NCBI GenBank assembly: GCA_963744145.1
Contig: CAVUSO010000001.1
Span: forward strand, 5,952,001 to 6,016,000
From: an uncultured cyanobacterium
GTDB taxonomy: Bacteria; Cyanobacteriota; Cyanobacteriia; Cyanobacteriales; CAWUOF01
Direction of reading: 5' to 3'
DNA: 64,000 bases
A program made the position numbers and the translations under genes. A model generated the notes under the pieces. The model was given only the letters and a program-made list of their open reading frames with translations, did not search any database and was not told the origin of the DNA. This document shows, piece by piece, positions 55,152 to 64,000 of this stretch. Numbering within the stretch: the stretch's first letter is position 1; each line of letters starts with the position of its first letter.

Positions 55152-56678
55152 GTGCTGAATCAAATGTTAAAAAAGACCGTAGCTCGGTTTCCCGAAAAAA
55201 TTGCGTTGGTTTGTGGGGAGTTAAGGATAACTTATGGAGAGCTTGACAATCAAGTTGAAAGATTTAGTCAGGGTTTGACTGAAATAGGAGTTAAGCACTC
55301 TGATTGTGTGGCTTTAATTCTACCCAACTGCCCAGAGTTCGTGATTAGTTTCTATGGGATTGCCAGAATAGGTGCGATCGCCCTGTTCCTTAATCCCTCC
55401 TGCAAAGAAAATGAACTCGAAAATTACATCTGCGATAGTAACCCGATCGCGATCATTACTGATATTACTAGAGCTGCCATTTGCAGTCATTTAATTTCTC
55501 AACTCGATCGCCAAGTTCATTTAATTGTAGTAGGGGGAGAGCATCCATTAGGTCATACCTTTAATGATCTGCTTGTCCGGGAAGTAGAAATATTTGAGCA
55601 ACCGCAGTTCCATGAAGGTGATGTTCTCTACCAATACTCATCAGGATCGACTGGAAAACCCAAAAGAGTCTGTCGTACTCAAAAAAACATCTTCCATGAA
55701 GCAAATAACTGTTTCCTGACCCAAAAAATTACTGAATTTGACAATATTTTTTGCCTTGTACCCTTTTATCATGCTTACGGATTTGGACAATGCCTACTAG
55801 CAGCCACTTATTCAGGAGCAACTTTGGTAATTTTAGAACCATGTTGGCAAAATGGCAAGATCATAGAGCAACCATTTATTTTTAGACAAGCTCGGGTATT
55901 GGAGGTGATCGCGCAAGAGAAAATTACAATTTTGCCTGCTATTCCTTATATCTATAGTGTTTTAGCAGCAATCCCTGCAAGTACACCAACAGACTTATCG
56001 ACCTTAAGATTATGTATTTCAGCTGGTAATTTTCTGCCCAAAGATATTTTCGATCGATTCTATACCCGATTTGGAATTACGATCCGACAGCTTTATGGCT
56101 GTACCGAAGCTGGTGCTGTTGCCATTAATATGCAGAATGGAGCTAATATTAAATACGATTCCATTGGTTTGCCGATGAAAAACGTAGAAATCAAGATCAT
56201 GGATGAAGCCGAACAGGAGTTACCAACAGGAACAGTAGGAGAAATAGCGCTCAAAAGTCAAACCCTGACCCTTAGTTATGATCATCATCCCGATGCTAGC
56301 CAAGCAGCATTCAAAAATGGCTACTTTTTGACAGGCGATTTAGGTAAAAAAGATGAAGATGGTTATCTCTACATTACAGGTCGCAAAAAGTTTTTAATTG
56401 ATACAGGAGGATATAAAGTCAATCCCTTAGAAGTAGAAACTGTTTTAATAGAGCATCCCAAAATTAGTGAAGTGGTTGTGGTCGGAGTTGCTACTCCTCA
56501 TACAGGACAATTGGTAAAAGCGGTTATTGTTGCTAAAGGAGATTGCCGAGAACAAGATATTTTTGACTACTGTCAGGATAAGTTAGCAGAGTTCAAAGTT
56601 CCTAAGATAGTTGAATTTCGTCAGGAAATTCCTAAGAGCCCGATGGGAAAGATTTTGAGAGAAAAGCTGTCTAGTTAA
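55152..56678 (+). CDS. Adenylate-forming acyl-CoA/acyl-ACP ligase
   Basis: YSSGSTGKPK, YGCTEAG, TGD, GRKK, PKSPMGK. Confidence 0.92.
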   Translation: MLNQMLKKTVARFPEKIALVCGELRITYGELDNQVERFSQGLTEIGVKHSDCVALILPNCPEFVISFYGIARIGAIALFLNPSCKENELENYICDSNPIAIITDITRAAICSHLISQLDRQVHLIVVGGEHPLGHTFNDLLVREVEIFEQPQFHEGDVLYQYSSGSTGKPKRVCRTQKNIFHEANNCFLTQKITEFDNIFCLVPFYHAYGFGQCLLAATYSGATLVILEPCWQNGKIIEQPFIFRQARVLEVIAQEKITILPAIPYIYSVLAAIPASTPTDLSTLRLCISAGNFLPKDIFDRFYTRFGITIRQLYGCTEAGAVAINMQNGANIKYDSIGLPMKNVEIKIMDEAEQELPTGTVGEIALKSQTLTLSYDHHPDASQAAFKNGYFLTGDLGKKDEDGYLYITGRKKFLIDTGGYKVNPLEVETVLIEHPKISEVVVVGVATPHTGQLVKAVIVAKGDCREQDIFDYCQDKLAEFKVPKIVEFRQEIPKSPMGKILREKLSS

Positions 56679-56680
56679 AT

Positions 56681-58231
56681 CTAACGAACAAGTCCTTCCA
56701 GCAACTCAATCACCGCTGCAACTGCTGTATACATTGCACCCTGAATCGAAGCATGATTAATAGCCAAATGTTCTCCAGCAAAAAAAACACGAGGCTTTTC
56801 TAGAGGATAAGACTGACATAGCAGACTTTGATAGCGCTCTTGTTCTCCAGGTGCAAAAAAAGCATAAGCTCCTGAACCTACTTGAGTTTTTTCATCCCAA
56901 ATACAATGAATCACGTCATCAACATAACGATCAATTTGGGAATGTAGTTGTTTAACCTCAGCTAAAGTCAAGTCAGTTCGTTTACCCTCTTCAAGAGATA
57001 GAAAATGCCGTACATTACTATCCCAACGGTAAGCAGCAGTAAAAGCTGTTGGTTGATGGGAAATTTCCGGATCTTGCGCTACCCAGCACAACTTTTCTGT
57101 CTGGGAGTCTGCTAAAATAGCATTATCCGAAGGATACCAGCATTTTTCCATTGGCAAATCCGTAAAACTGCCCCCACCATAAATATGATCGTAAAGTTCC
57201 CAAGGACGAGCAGTACAGTGAAAGATTGTTTTAGCTGCATTGCTGTAACCCAGACCACAAATAGCCTGTATTTTATTTGCTGGGAGAGGAGGATAGAACT
57301 CTATTCTTGCTAGAGCAGTAGCGGGAACTGTACAAATCACATAGTCAAATTCTTGCTCTTTCTTGCTACCCAAATTATCCCAACCAACTCGAACTCCTTG
57401 GTCGGTCATCTGCAATAGATTTACCTTAGCATTACGCTCAATTTTTCCTGGTAAACGTTCTACAAAAGCTTTTACCAAGGTTTCCATACCACCAACAAGC
57501 TGATATTGTTCAGCCTGATACCAAGCAAAGAAATCAATTAATCCACTCCAGACAGAAATTTCGTCATAATAAATCATTCCCGTCGCACGACCTACCAGTT
57601 CAAAAGCATCAGGAGAAAGGCGATCGCGAAAATATTGGCTAAAAGTTAGCCTATTATATTCCTTTAATTTACCACTGGTAAAAGTTGGCGAAAATATTTC
57701 CCACTTTTCTCGATCAGAAAGACAATCTAATAATTCCTTTAAAATATTTTCATACAAAACTCGAGGATCAATAGATTCGGCTGGGTCGAGATGGTAAACT
57801 GAAAAAAGTTTTTGAAACTGATTAAGACGAGCTTTTTGACCGCGCAAATAATAAAAAGCATTGGGATTGTAATTGACAAAACTACCCTTGGATAAATTAA
57901 ATTTTTCCACATAATGTAGCACACAGCTATGATTGATCGGAATACGCATCGCTCCGAGTTCCCCATAGCTTCCATCAGAAAAATAATGGGTATAAATGCG
58001 CCCTCCCAAACGATGAGAAGCTTCTAAAATGGTTACCTCATAACTCAGTTGACTTAATTCATAAGCCGCAGTCAGCCCAGCAATACCACCCCCAATAATA
58101 CCAACTTGCAAGCGATCGCCACCAGGGTCTTTTGCCTTGAGAGAATTTGGGTGTTGATAGAGTTCAGCAAAGGAAAAAGGGTGATCGGGCTTTTGGGTAT
58201 GACGATAGATATGAAAATTTGATGAGGACAT
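56681..58231 (-). CDS. Flavin monoamine oxidase / L-amino acid oxidase family (ORF track start 58294; likely start 58231)
   Basis: GGGIAGL, EAS.RLGGR, ELGAMRIP, FAGEH, IQGA. Confidence 0.88.
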   Translation of the reverse strand: MSSSNFHIYRHTQKPDHPFSFAELYQHPNSLKAKDPGGDRLQVGIIGGGIAGLTAAYELSQLSYEVTILEASHRLGGRIYTHYFSDGSYGELGAMRIPINHSCVLHYVEKFNLSKGSFVNYNPNAFYYLRGQKARLNQFQKLFSVYHLDPAESIDPRVLYENILKELLDCLSDREKWEIFSPTFTSGKLKEYNRLTFSQYFRDRLSPDAFELVGRATGMIYYDEISVWSGLIDFFAWYQAEQYQLVGGMETLVKAFVERLPGKIERNAKVNLLQMTDQGVRVGWDNLGSKKEQEFDYVICTVPATALARIEFYPPLPANKIQAICGLGYSNAAKTIFHCTARPWELYDHIYGGGSFTDLPMEKCWYPSDNAILADSQTEKLCWVAQDPEISHQPTAFTAAYRWDSNVRHFLSLEEGKRTDLTLAEVKQLHSQIDRYVDDVIHCIWDEKTQVGSGAYAFFAPGEQERYQSLLCQSYPLEKPRVFFAGEHLAINHASIQGAMYTAVAAVIELLEGLVR

Positions 58232-58239
58232 TGAGAAAA

Positions 58240-59196
58240 ATGAAAATCCTTTTATGTACGAAGCGTGATTCTTTTCTAGTAGATTTACTAGCATCCCAAT
58301 TATCAGATTGTCAAATTATAGCTTGCTCTACTGACACCGCGATCGAGCATTTAGATGGTGTGGATGTAATCATTCCATACTTTGCTACTATTGATGCCTT
58401 AATGATTAATTCTGGAAAATTCGGGTTAATTCAGCAGTTTGGTGTAGGTTTAGATGCTGTAAATATTGAAGCTGCTACCCATGCAGGGGTATGGGTAGCA
58501 AGAGTACCGGGAAAGATTTCTGGCAATGCCGATTCCGTTGCTGAATACGCCATCATGCTAATGTTAATGCTATCACGACCAATAACCATAGTGAGGCCAA
58601 GATTAAACTCTAATAAATGGAGTCAACAAAAAAGCATTGCCTTATTTAAAAAAACAGCCTGCATTGTGGGACTCGGTGATATTGGTACAGCACTAGCAGT
58701 ACGTCTAAAAGCTTTTGGAATGCGTCTAGTTGCTGTTCGACAACACTCCGAACGCGGAGCATCTCCAGAAACAGGAATAGAACGAGTTTATGGAGCTGAT
58801 GCTCTGACCGAAGCTTTATCAGATGCTGACTATGTAATCTTGTGTGCTTACTATCAAAAAAATAATCATCATTTGATTAATAGTGTCACCCTGGCAGCCA
58901 TGAAACCAGGAGCATTTCTGATCAACGTGGCTCGTGGTGGTTTAGTAGATACAGATGCTTTGTCAGCGGCACTAGCAAGGGGTCATTTGGCAGGTGCAGG
59001 TCTTGATCTAGTTGACTCTCCCACAGATGCTCTTTTCCAACACAACGTCATTGTTACTCCTCATATTGCTGGTGTTACTGACTTGGCTGACCAAGGAATA
59101 ACGGCTGTGGTAGTTGATAACATTAAACGCTATATCCGAGGAGAACAGCCATTGTATGCAGTTAACGCACCTGATCATCTGCGACGCTTGTTATGA
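58240..59196 (+). CDS. D-isomer-specific 2-hydroxyacid dehydrogenase (ORF track start 58147; likely start 58240)
   Basis: SVAE, GLGDIG, INVARG, GLD, TPHIAG. Confidence 0.9.
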   Translation: MKILLCTKRDSFLVDLLASQLSDCQIIACSTDTAIEHLDGVDVIIPYFATIDALMINSGKFGLIQQFGVGLDAVNIEAATHAGVWVARVPGKISGNADSVAEYAIMLMLMLSRPITIVRPRLNSNKWSQQKSIALFKKTACIVGLGDIGTALAVRLKAFGMRLVAVRQHSERGASPETGIERVYGADALTEALSDADYVILCAYYQKNNHHLINSVTLAAMKPGAFLINVARGGLVDTDALSAALARGHLAGAGLDLVDSPTDALFQHNVIVTPHIAGVTDLADQGITAVVVDNIKRYIRGEQPLYAVNAPDHLRRLL

Positions 59197-59268
59197 TTAT
59201 TTAGCAAGGTTTTGGACTTGCTTGAGCTCGTCCCAGTTTCTTCCACCTTTTTTTTCAGAGCAATACCG

Positions 59269-60222
59269 ATGAACGATCTAGTAGACAAGTCTCAAAACTC
59301 CTGGCTTACCCTAACAACAATAAAAGCGATCGCTGCTTTAGCGATTACACAGCTAGCGATCGGTTCAGTGCCAGTTCTCATTAGATTATCAGAAGATGAA
59401 ATTAGCCCAAATGCGACTATTTTTAACCGACTACTGATTGGGACAGCCTTGTTAGCGCTGTGGAATGTTTTATTTAAGATCGGTCGTAAATTTTTAGGCA
59501 ATCAGCCCATAGAAGCAACCCAACAATCATACTCAAAGGAGGTAATATGGCTATTACTAGCACTAGGATTTTGTATTGCGGGCTATCAAATAGTTTGGGC
59601 TTGGTCTCTCACTCAGACCAGTATTGCTAATTCAGCATTGATGCACAGTTTACTTCCTTTGTTCACTGCTTCAATTGGTATCCTTTTCTTCAGTCAGCAA
59701 TTAGATCGCCCCTTAGCCCTGGGCACAACAATTGCGATCGCTGGAGCTTTCGGTGTCGCACTCAACGATCTGCAAATTGACCCTGACAAACTCCTAGGTG
59801 ATGCGATTGCGTTAATGTCAGCTTTACTAACTGCCTTATGTCTGTTAATTGCAGAACAACTGCAAAAAAAATTAAACACGACCACAATAGTGAGCTGGTC
59901 TTGTGCAATTGGAACTATATTAAATCTACCTCTTGTTATCCTAATTGGAGATGAAATCTTTCCTTCTTCTTGGAGTGGATGGAGCGAAGTAATTGGTTTA
60001 GCTTTAACCCTTGTAATCAGTCAAGGATTAGTCATCTATAGCTTAAAAAGATTATCGCCAAGTTTTGTTGCTGTAGCCTTTCTGTTCGATCCAGCTATTG
60101 CTGCTATCCTTGGCTGGACAATTTTTTCAGAAAGTTTAAATTCCTATAATCTCTTAGGTTTTATTATCGTGTTGTTAGGGATGTATATAACCACCTTAAG
60201 CAAATATGCACTTAAGGTTTAA
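59269..60222 (+). CDS. DMT/EamA family transporter (ORF track start 59212)
   Basis: About ten TM segments with EamA duplication, GD..AL, P...A..G...F.E. Confidence 0.88.
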   Translation: MNDLVDKSQNSWLTLTTIKAIAALAITQLAIGSVPVLIRLSEDEISPNATIFNRLLIGTALLALWNVLFKIGRKFLGNQPIEATQQSYSKEVIWLLLALGFCIAGYQIVWAWSLTQTSIANSALMHSLLPLFTASIGILFFSQQLDRPLALGTTIAIAGAFGVALNDLQIDPDKLLGDAIALMSALLTALCLLIAEQLQKKLNTTTIVSWSCAIGTILNLPLVILIGDEIFPSSWSGWSEVIGLALTLVISQGLVIYSLKRLSPSFVAVAFLFDPAIAAILGWTIFSESLNSYNLLGFIIVLLGMYITTLSKYALKV

Positions 60223-60268
60223 TCGCTTTCCCAATCCTCTTATTCAAGTAGAATTCCCTTGAGTATAC

Positions 60269-61333
60269 TCAAGGGTTGCCATCCATACAGCTAACATATT
60301 TCAAGACATATCCAATTACCAAATTTGTCGGATCGACTTGGAAATCAACAGATTCTTTTTTAATAATTTCAAATCCAGCGCTAGTAAAAATTTCAGTCCA
60401 TTTCTGATCAGTAGCTAGTTTTTGGTTGGTGAATGAATGGAGTAAGAAATAAGGGTTATAAAATCCTAGCCCTACTGGAGATTTCATCACTTCTTCATTA
60501 TCAATTGCATAATCAACCTCAATTACATGAAGATAGCTGTGGGGAAACTTTTTGCCAATATTGCGAATAAATTCAATCAAAATATCTTCTCCTGCTTGAC
60601 CATATATTTCTTGGAGAACAAACCAAAATAAAATAAAGTCAGGAATCTCATTCATTTCATAATCAAGAGCAGCACTATTCACTAAAATTATCCGATCTTG
60701 CATTTTCTTTTCGATCACCAAATTGAGTCCAGCTTGATATGCTCCCTCATCAGGCTCAATACCAATTGCTTTAATATTTGGATTTTGGTGACAAAATTCA
60801 CATAATCCCAAGGCACTACCACAACCATAATCAATGATCAAACTGGTGGTAGGTTTGATTTCCGCCATCATTTTTTTAGCCAAAGGAAAGACATCATTTT
60901 GAGAAATTTGGCAAGCACCAATTCCGACCCATTTACCATTTCTTGATACATAGTTTGTGCCATGTTTTAAAATATTAGAAATATTAGAAAATATCGGTGA
61001 ATAACCTCCGACCAACAGATGAAAAAATCCCTGATAGTAAATACTAATTTGGTCACCATAATGAGAAATACGAAAACTGATTTGGTCATTTTCTAAGGTA
61101 CTTTTCTCTAAAATTCCTTCTAGTGCTAGATATTCAAACAAGGCTCGCAATAGGTTAGGGTCAAATCCTTTTTCTTCTGCAATAGTCTTGATATCTAATC
61201 CATCTTTCAACATGGAAAAAATTCCTTCTTTGAGCAGATCGTAAATTACTTGACTAGCTACAAAACCTCTGAGATAGCCAAGAGATTTCTCTAAACCAGG
61301 AAGGAAATCATTACTAATTATCATCTTAGACAT
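60269..61333 (-). CDS. SAM-dependent methyltransferase, 2-ketoarginine methyltransferase (MrsA)-like
   Basis: LVGGY, VGIGACQIS, DYGCG, FVLQEI.GQAG, IEVD, YNPYFLLH.FTNQ, VD.T.L.IGY match my recollection of Pseudomonas syringae MrsA along its length. Confidence 0.75.
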   Translation of the reverse strand: MSKMIISNDFLPGLEKSLGYLRGFVASQVIYDLLKEGIFSMLKDGLDIKTIAEEKGFDPNLLRALFEYLALEGILEKSTLENDQISFRISHYGDQISIYYQGFFHLLVGGYSPIFSNISNILKHGTNYVSRNGKWVGIGACQISQNDVFPLAKKMMAEIKPTTSLIIDYGCGSALGLCEFCHQNPNIKAIGIEPDEGAYQAGLNLVIEKKMQDRIILVNSAALDYEMNEIPDFILFWFVLQEIYGQAGEDILIEFIRNIGKKFPHSYLHVIEVDYAIDNEEVMKSPVGLGFYNPYFLLHSFTNQKLATDQKWTEIFTSAGFEIIKKESVDFQVDPTNLVIGYVLKYVSCMDGNP

Positions 61334-61335
61334 TA

Positions 61336-62124
61336 TTATTTTTCCTTAGATTCAGGATATTGTCCGGTTCTAACTTCGAGCGCAAATTGGGCGATCGCTT
61401 GCTCAATTATTTCTCGTAAATTAGCATAAGCTTTAGCAAAGGGAGGTAGATGATCCGAAAACCCTAATAAATCGTGGGTAACTAGGATTTGACCATCGCA
61501 ATGGGGTCCAGCACCGATTCCGATCGTCGGGATCGTTAATTTTTGGGTAATTTCTAATCCTAATTCATCCGGAATATGTTCTAAAACGAGCGCAAAAGCA
61601 CCTGCTTGTTCTAAAGCGATCGCTTCGGTTAAAATTCGTTCTCCAGCTTCTTTAGTTTTTCCTTGTTGACGATAACCGAGTTTATGGACAGATTGGGGAG
61701 TTAATCCCAGATGTCCTAACACAGGTATCCCAACTTCTACTAGCTGATTGACCGTTTCGGCGATCGCGGGATATCCACCTTCTAATTTTACTGCTTGTGC
61801 GCCAGTTTCTTTTAATACTCGACCGGCGGAATGTTTAGCTTGTTCAATACTTTCTTGATAGGTTAAAAACGGTAAATCTACTACTAATAATGCCTGATTG
61901 ACTCCCCGTCGAACTGCTTTAGCATGGTGGAGCATCTCTTCGAGAGTTAAGGGTAAGGTAGTTTTCATCCCTAACGCTACCATCGCGAGAGAATCTCCAA
62001 CTAAAATCAAGTCAACACCTGCTCGATCTAATAATTGCGCGATCGCATAATCCCAAGCAGTTAGTGCTACAATCGAGCGTCCTTGCTGTTTCCATTGAAT
62101 AAGTTGCTGGGTGGTGATAGTCAT
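61336..62124 (-). CDS. panB: 3-methyl-2-oxobutanoate hydroxymethyltransferase
   Basis: [33 protein letters not shown]. Confidence 0.97.
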   Translation of the reverse strand: MTITTQQLIQWKQQGRSIVALTAWDYAIAQLLDRAGVDLILVGDSLAMVALGMKTTLPLTLEEMLHHAKAVRRGVNQALLVVDLPFLTYQESIEQAKHSAGRVLKETGAQAVKLEGGYPAIAETVNQLVEVGIPVLGHLGLTPQSVHKLGYRQQGKTKEAGERILTEAIALEQAGAFALVLEHIPDELGLEITQKLTIPTIGIGAGPHCDGQILVTHDLLGFSDHLPPFAKAYANLREIIEQAIAQFALEVRTGQYPESKEK

Positions 62125-62784
62125 TAGCTATTGCACTATGTGATACTCTATTGGCCCTGGTCTGATTGGGAATTACTAAGGGCGAATCTAACCCCTGGCA
62201 AAATTATCTTAGAAAAATTTACTCATCAACGCTTCACCAATCAAGGGTCATAATATAATTATAGAAAATAAAAAGCTTACATAAAAAATCAGAGCTATGT
62301 AGCTCTGACTTTTCCAGAAATTTGGATTAATTGAATAATTGCTAAAAGTGGCCAACGAGCAGCCTGCCCGATTAGCTAAAAATAGCTTAACTACAGCTAA
62401 CTAAATTGGTTGAGTAGCCTAAAAACGTAGTAAAGCGGAGCTAAACAGCGTAATTAGTTCATTTTCCGAGACTCCTCTGTAGTCGCTTCCCTCAGCCAAT
62501 TGGATGCTAGATCCGACCAATGAGAGCGTAGTTCAGTAGGAATCTATTAGGCAGTCTACCCTAGCCTAGTACAATCAAAGTGGCGTGGTTAGCCGTTCTA
62601 GTTTGATTAGCACACCTTGAGTATTACTACTCTAGGCTTTGAAAAGCTTTTTCATTAGTCGGTCAACTTCCTACAAGCCAATAGAGAGCGAATCTTACTA
62701 TCTGCCGTCTGACCGAAAGGTAATTGCAGATCTCTATATTAGTAAGTTTTACTGCTTTTTGCTACCTTTTACTACGATTTTTCG

Positions 62785-62988
62785 CTATCTGTTGATATGA
62801 CGAGAAACAAGTTTTTCACAATGAGCTTGTGTTTGGTGTAACAATTGCTCACGACTATCTGCTGTCTTAGTCAGTGTAGGAACCAAGTTGCGAGCTTGTA
62901 GAGCCATGTGAAGCTGTAAATGGGCCACATACTCACTAATATCTTCACGCAATGGACAAGATGGATATTGATTTGAACGGGACTTCAA
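62785..62988 (-). CDS. Small hypothetical protein (cyanobacterial type)
   Basis: 67 aa, YVAHLQLHMALQARNLVP; AGGAG RBS ahead of TTG start. Confidence 0.65.
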   Translation of the reverse strand: MKSRSNQYPSCPLREDISEYVAHLQLHMALQARNLVPTLTKTADSREQLLHQTQAHCEKLVSRHINR

Positions 62989-63730
62989 AGCGTTCTCCTT
63001 CCTTAAATCGGCACACCAAAAGAGATTATCACCACTTTTCCTGATCTCTGCAATTTGTAATAAAGGTTAACTATTCAGAATTGGGATCTGAATGTCGTTC
63101 AGTAGGGACTTTGGTACTTGCAGATTGGAGATCAATCTTTGGATATTTTTTTGTCACTACAAACACTACTTATTGTACATATAGAAATTTGGTCTCATAA
63201 CTAAAGTATAACATTTTTCAGGTAGATTCTGATCAAATAGATTCATGACAATAGCTAGGAATTAACCAATGGTTCTGCAACTTACTCTCCCCCAAAAAAA
63301 AGAACCTGTTATTTTCCGATTACATAGAAGGAATTTTAGCTAAATTCTGGAGCTATTAAACATTAAATTCCCATTAAAACGATTGCCACTAATGTCTTTC
63401 GAGCCTAGTATCCTAACTTTCGATCAGATATCATGATGGCTGATCGATATAGATTAAAACTTAGCTAATGTTAGGTGTAAATATTGATTAGTGATATTTA
63501 AATAAATTTAATATAATATTATAGTGCCAAAAGTAATATGTATACTTATGGCAAATAGAGAAAATGACTTACTCGCTGAGTAGACCATTTTTTCGTGGAA
63601 TCTGAAAAACAGGAAGTTCTTGAAAAATATTCCATCCAAAACATTATGCTCACCTGTTTAAAATCTTTGCTAAAGAACCCGAAGTAGTAAACTGCAACTC
63701 TCAACTATATTTTATTTACAGGTTTGGCCT

Positions 63731-64000
63731 ATGGAATCTTCCAATATACCCAATAAAACCGAAAAAATTTCCCAGCAAGATGGACATAATACTAAGGCTA
63801 TTCTTGAACTTGAGAATCCTGCTGTTCCAGTAGTTTCTCCTAGGACCCAACCTGAACCGAGCCATTTCTCTCCCGGCAAATTCATCATTTTGAGTCTGTT
63901 AGGAGTTGGAGTTGTAATTGCAGTCATTTTCGGATTTCGCTGGTGGCATTATGCCCAAATTCATGAGGAAACAGACAATGCCTATACAACGGGACATATA
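63731..64000 (+). CDS. HlyD/EmrA-family efflux membrane-fusion protein, 5' part (runs off window)
   Basis: Manual translation MESSNIP...TM helix...RWWHYAQIHEETDNAYTTGHI (TDNAY motif). Confidence 0.8.
   Translation, partial: MESSNIPNKTEKISQQDGHNTKAILELENPAVPVVSPRTQPEPSHFSPGKFIILSLLGVGVVIAVIFGFRWWHYAQIHEETDNAYTTGHI

Noticed and set aside
49443..61333. Identity with cylindrospermopsin, saxitoxin, guanitoxin or 3-methylarginine clusters
   Set aside because: No PKS/NRPS, SxtA-like, PLP-dependent or aminotransferase genes in the window; only single families are shared
63712..63927. 71-aa minus-strand ORF
   Set aside because: Antisense to the HlyD/EmrA-like gene starting at 63731
1..64000. Frequent GCGATCGC
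   Set aside because: Ordinary cyanobacterial HIP1; useful only as a taxonomic cue

Overview
Cyanobacterial chromosomal window (abundant HIP1 octamer GCGATCGC; ftsQ-ftsZ, psaA-psaB, rbcL-rbcX-rbcS, panB) interleaved with accessory DNA. Main points: (1) a ~12 kb small-molecule gene cluster I cannot match to any pathway I know (49443-61333): AGAT-like amidinotransferase, acyltransferase-3, EctD-signature hydroxylase, GHLGAGD-type KAS III, ACP, acyl-AMP ligase, flavin amino-acid oxidase, 2-hydroxyacid dehydrogenase, DMT exporter and an MrsA-like 2-ketoarginine methyltransferase, pointing to a guanidino metabolite; (2) a complete IS110 (IS621-like) element whose bridge-RNA target and donor guides can be read from the sequence and match its REP-like insertion site and its own ends; (3) a Rieske / PepSY-TM / porin / two CxCxxC small proteins / egtD / OvoA-like locus; (4) a mobile-element hotspot (32-43 kb) with a 29-bp-TIR element carrying xisHI plus a nested IS1634, and an M48 peptidase gene cut into three by an IS5-type element and an IS605 element that itself contains an IS4; (5) very small dispersed repeats inserted in frame into genes, including a self-nested array in the porin. 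All family assignments come from motif recognition, not database searches.
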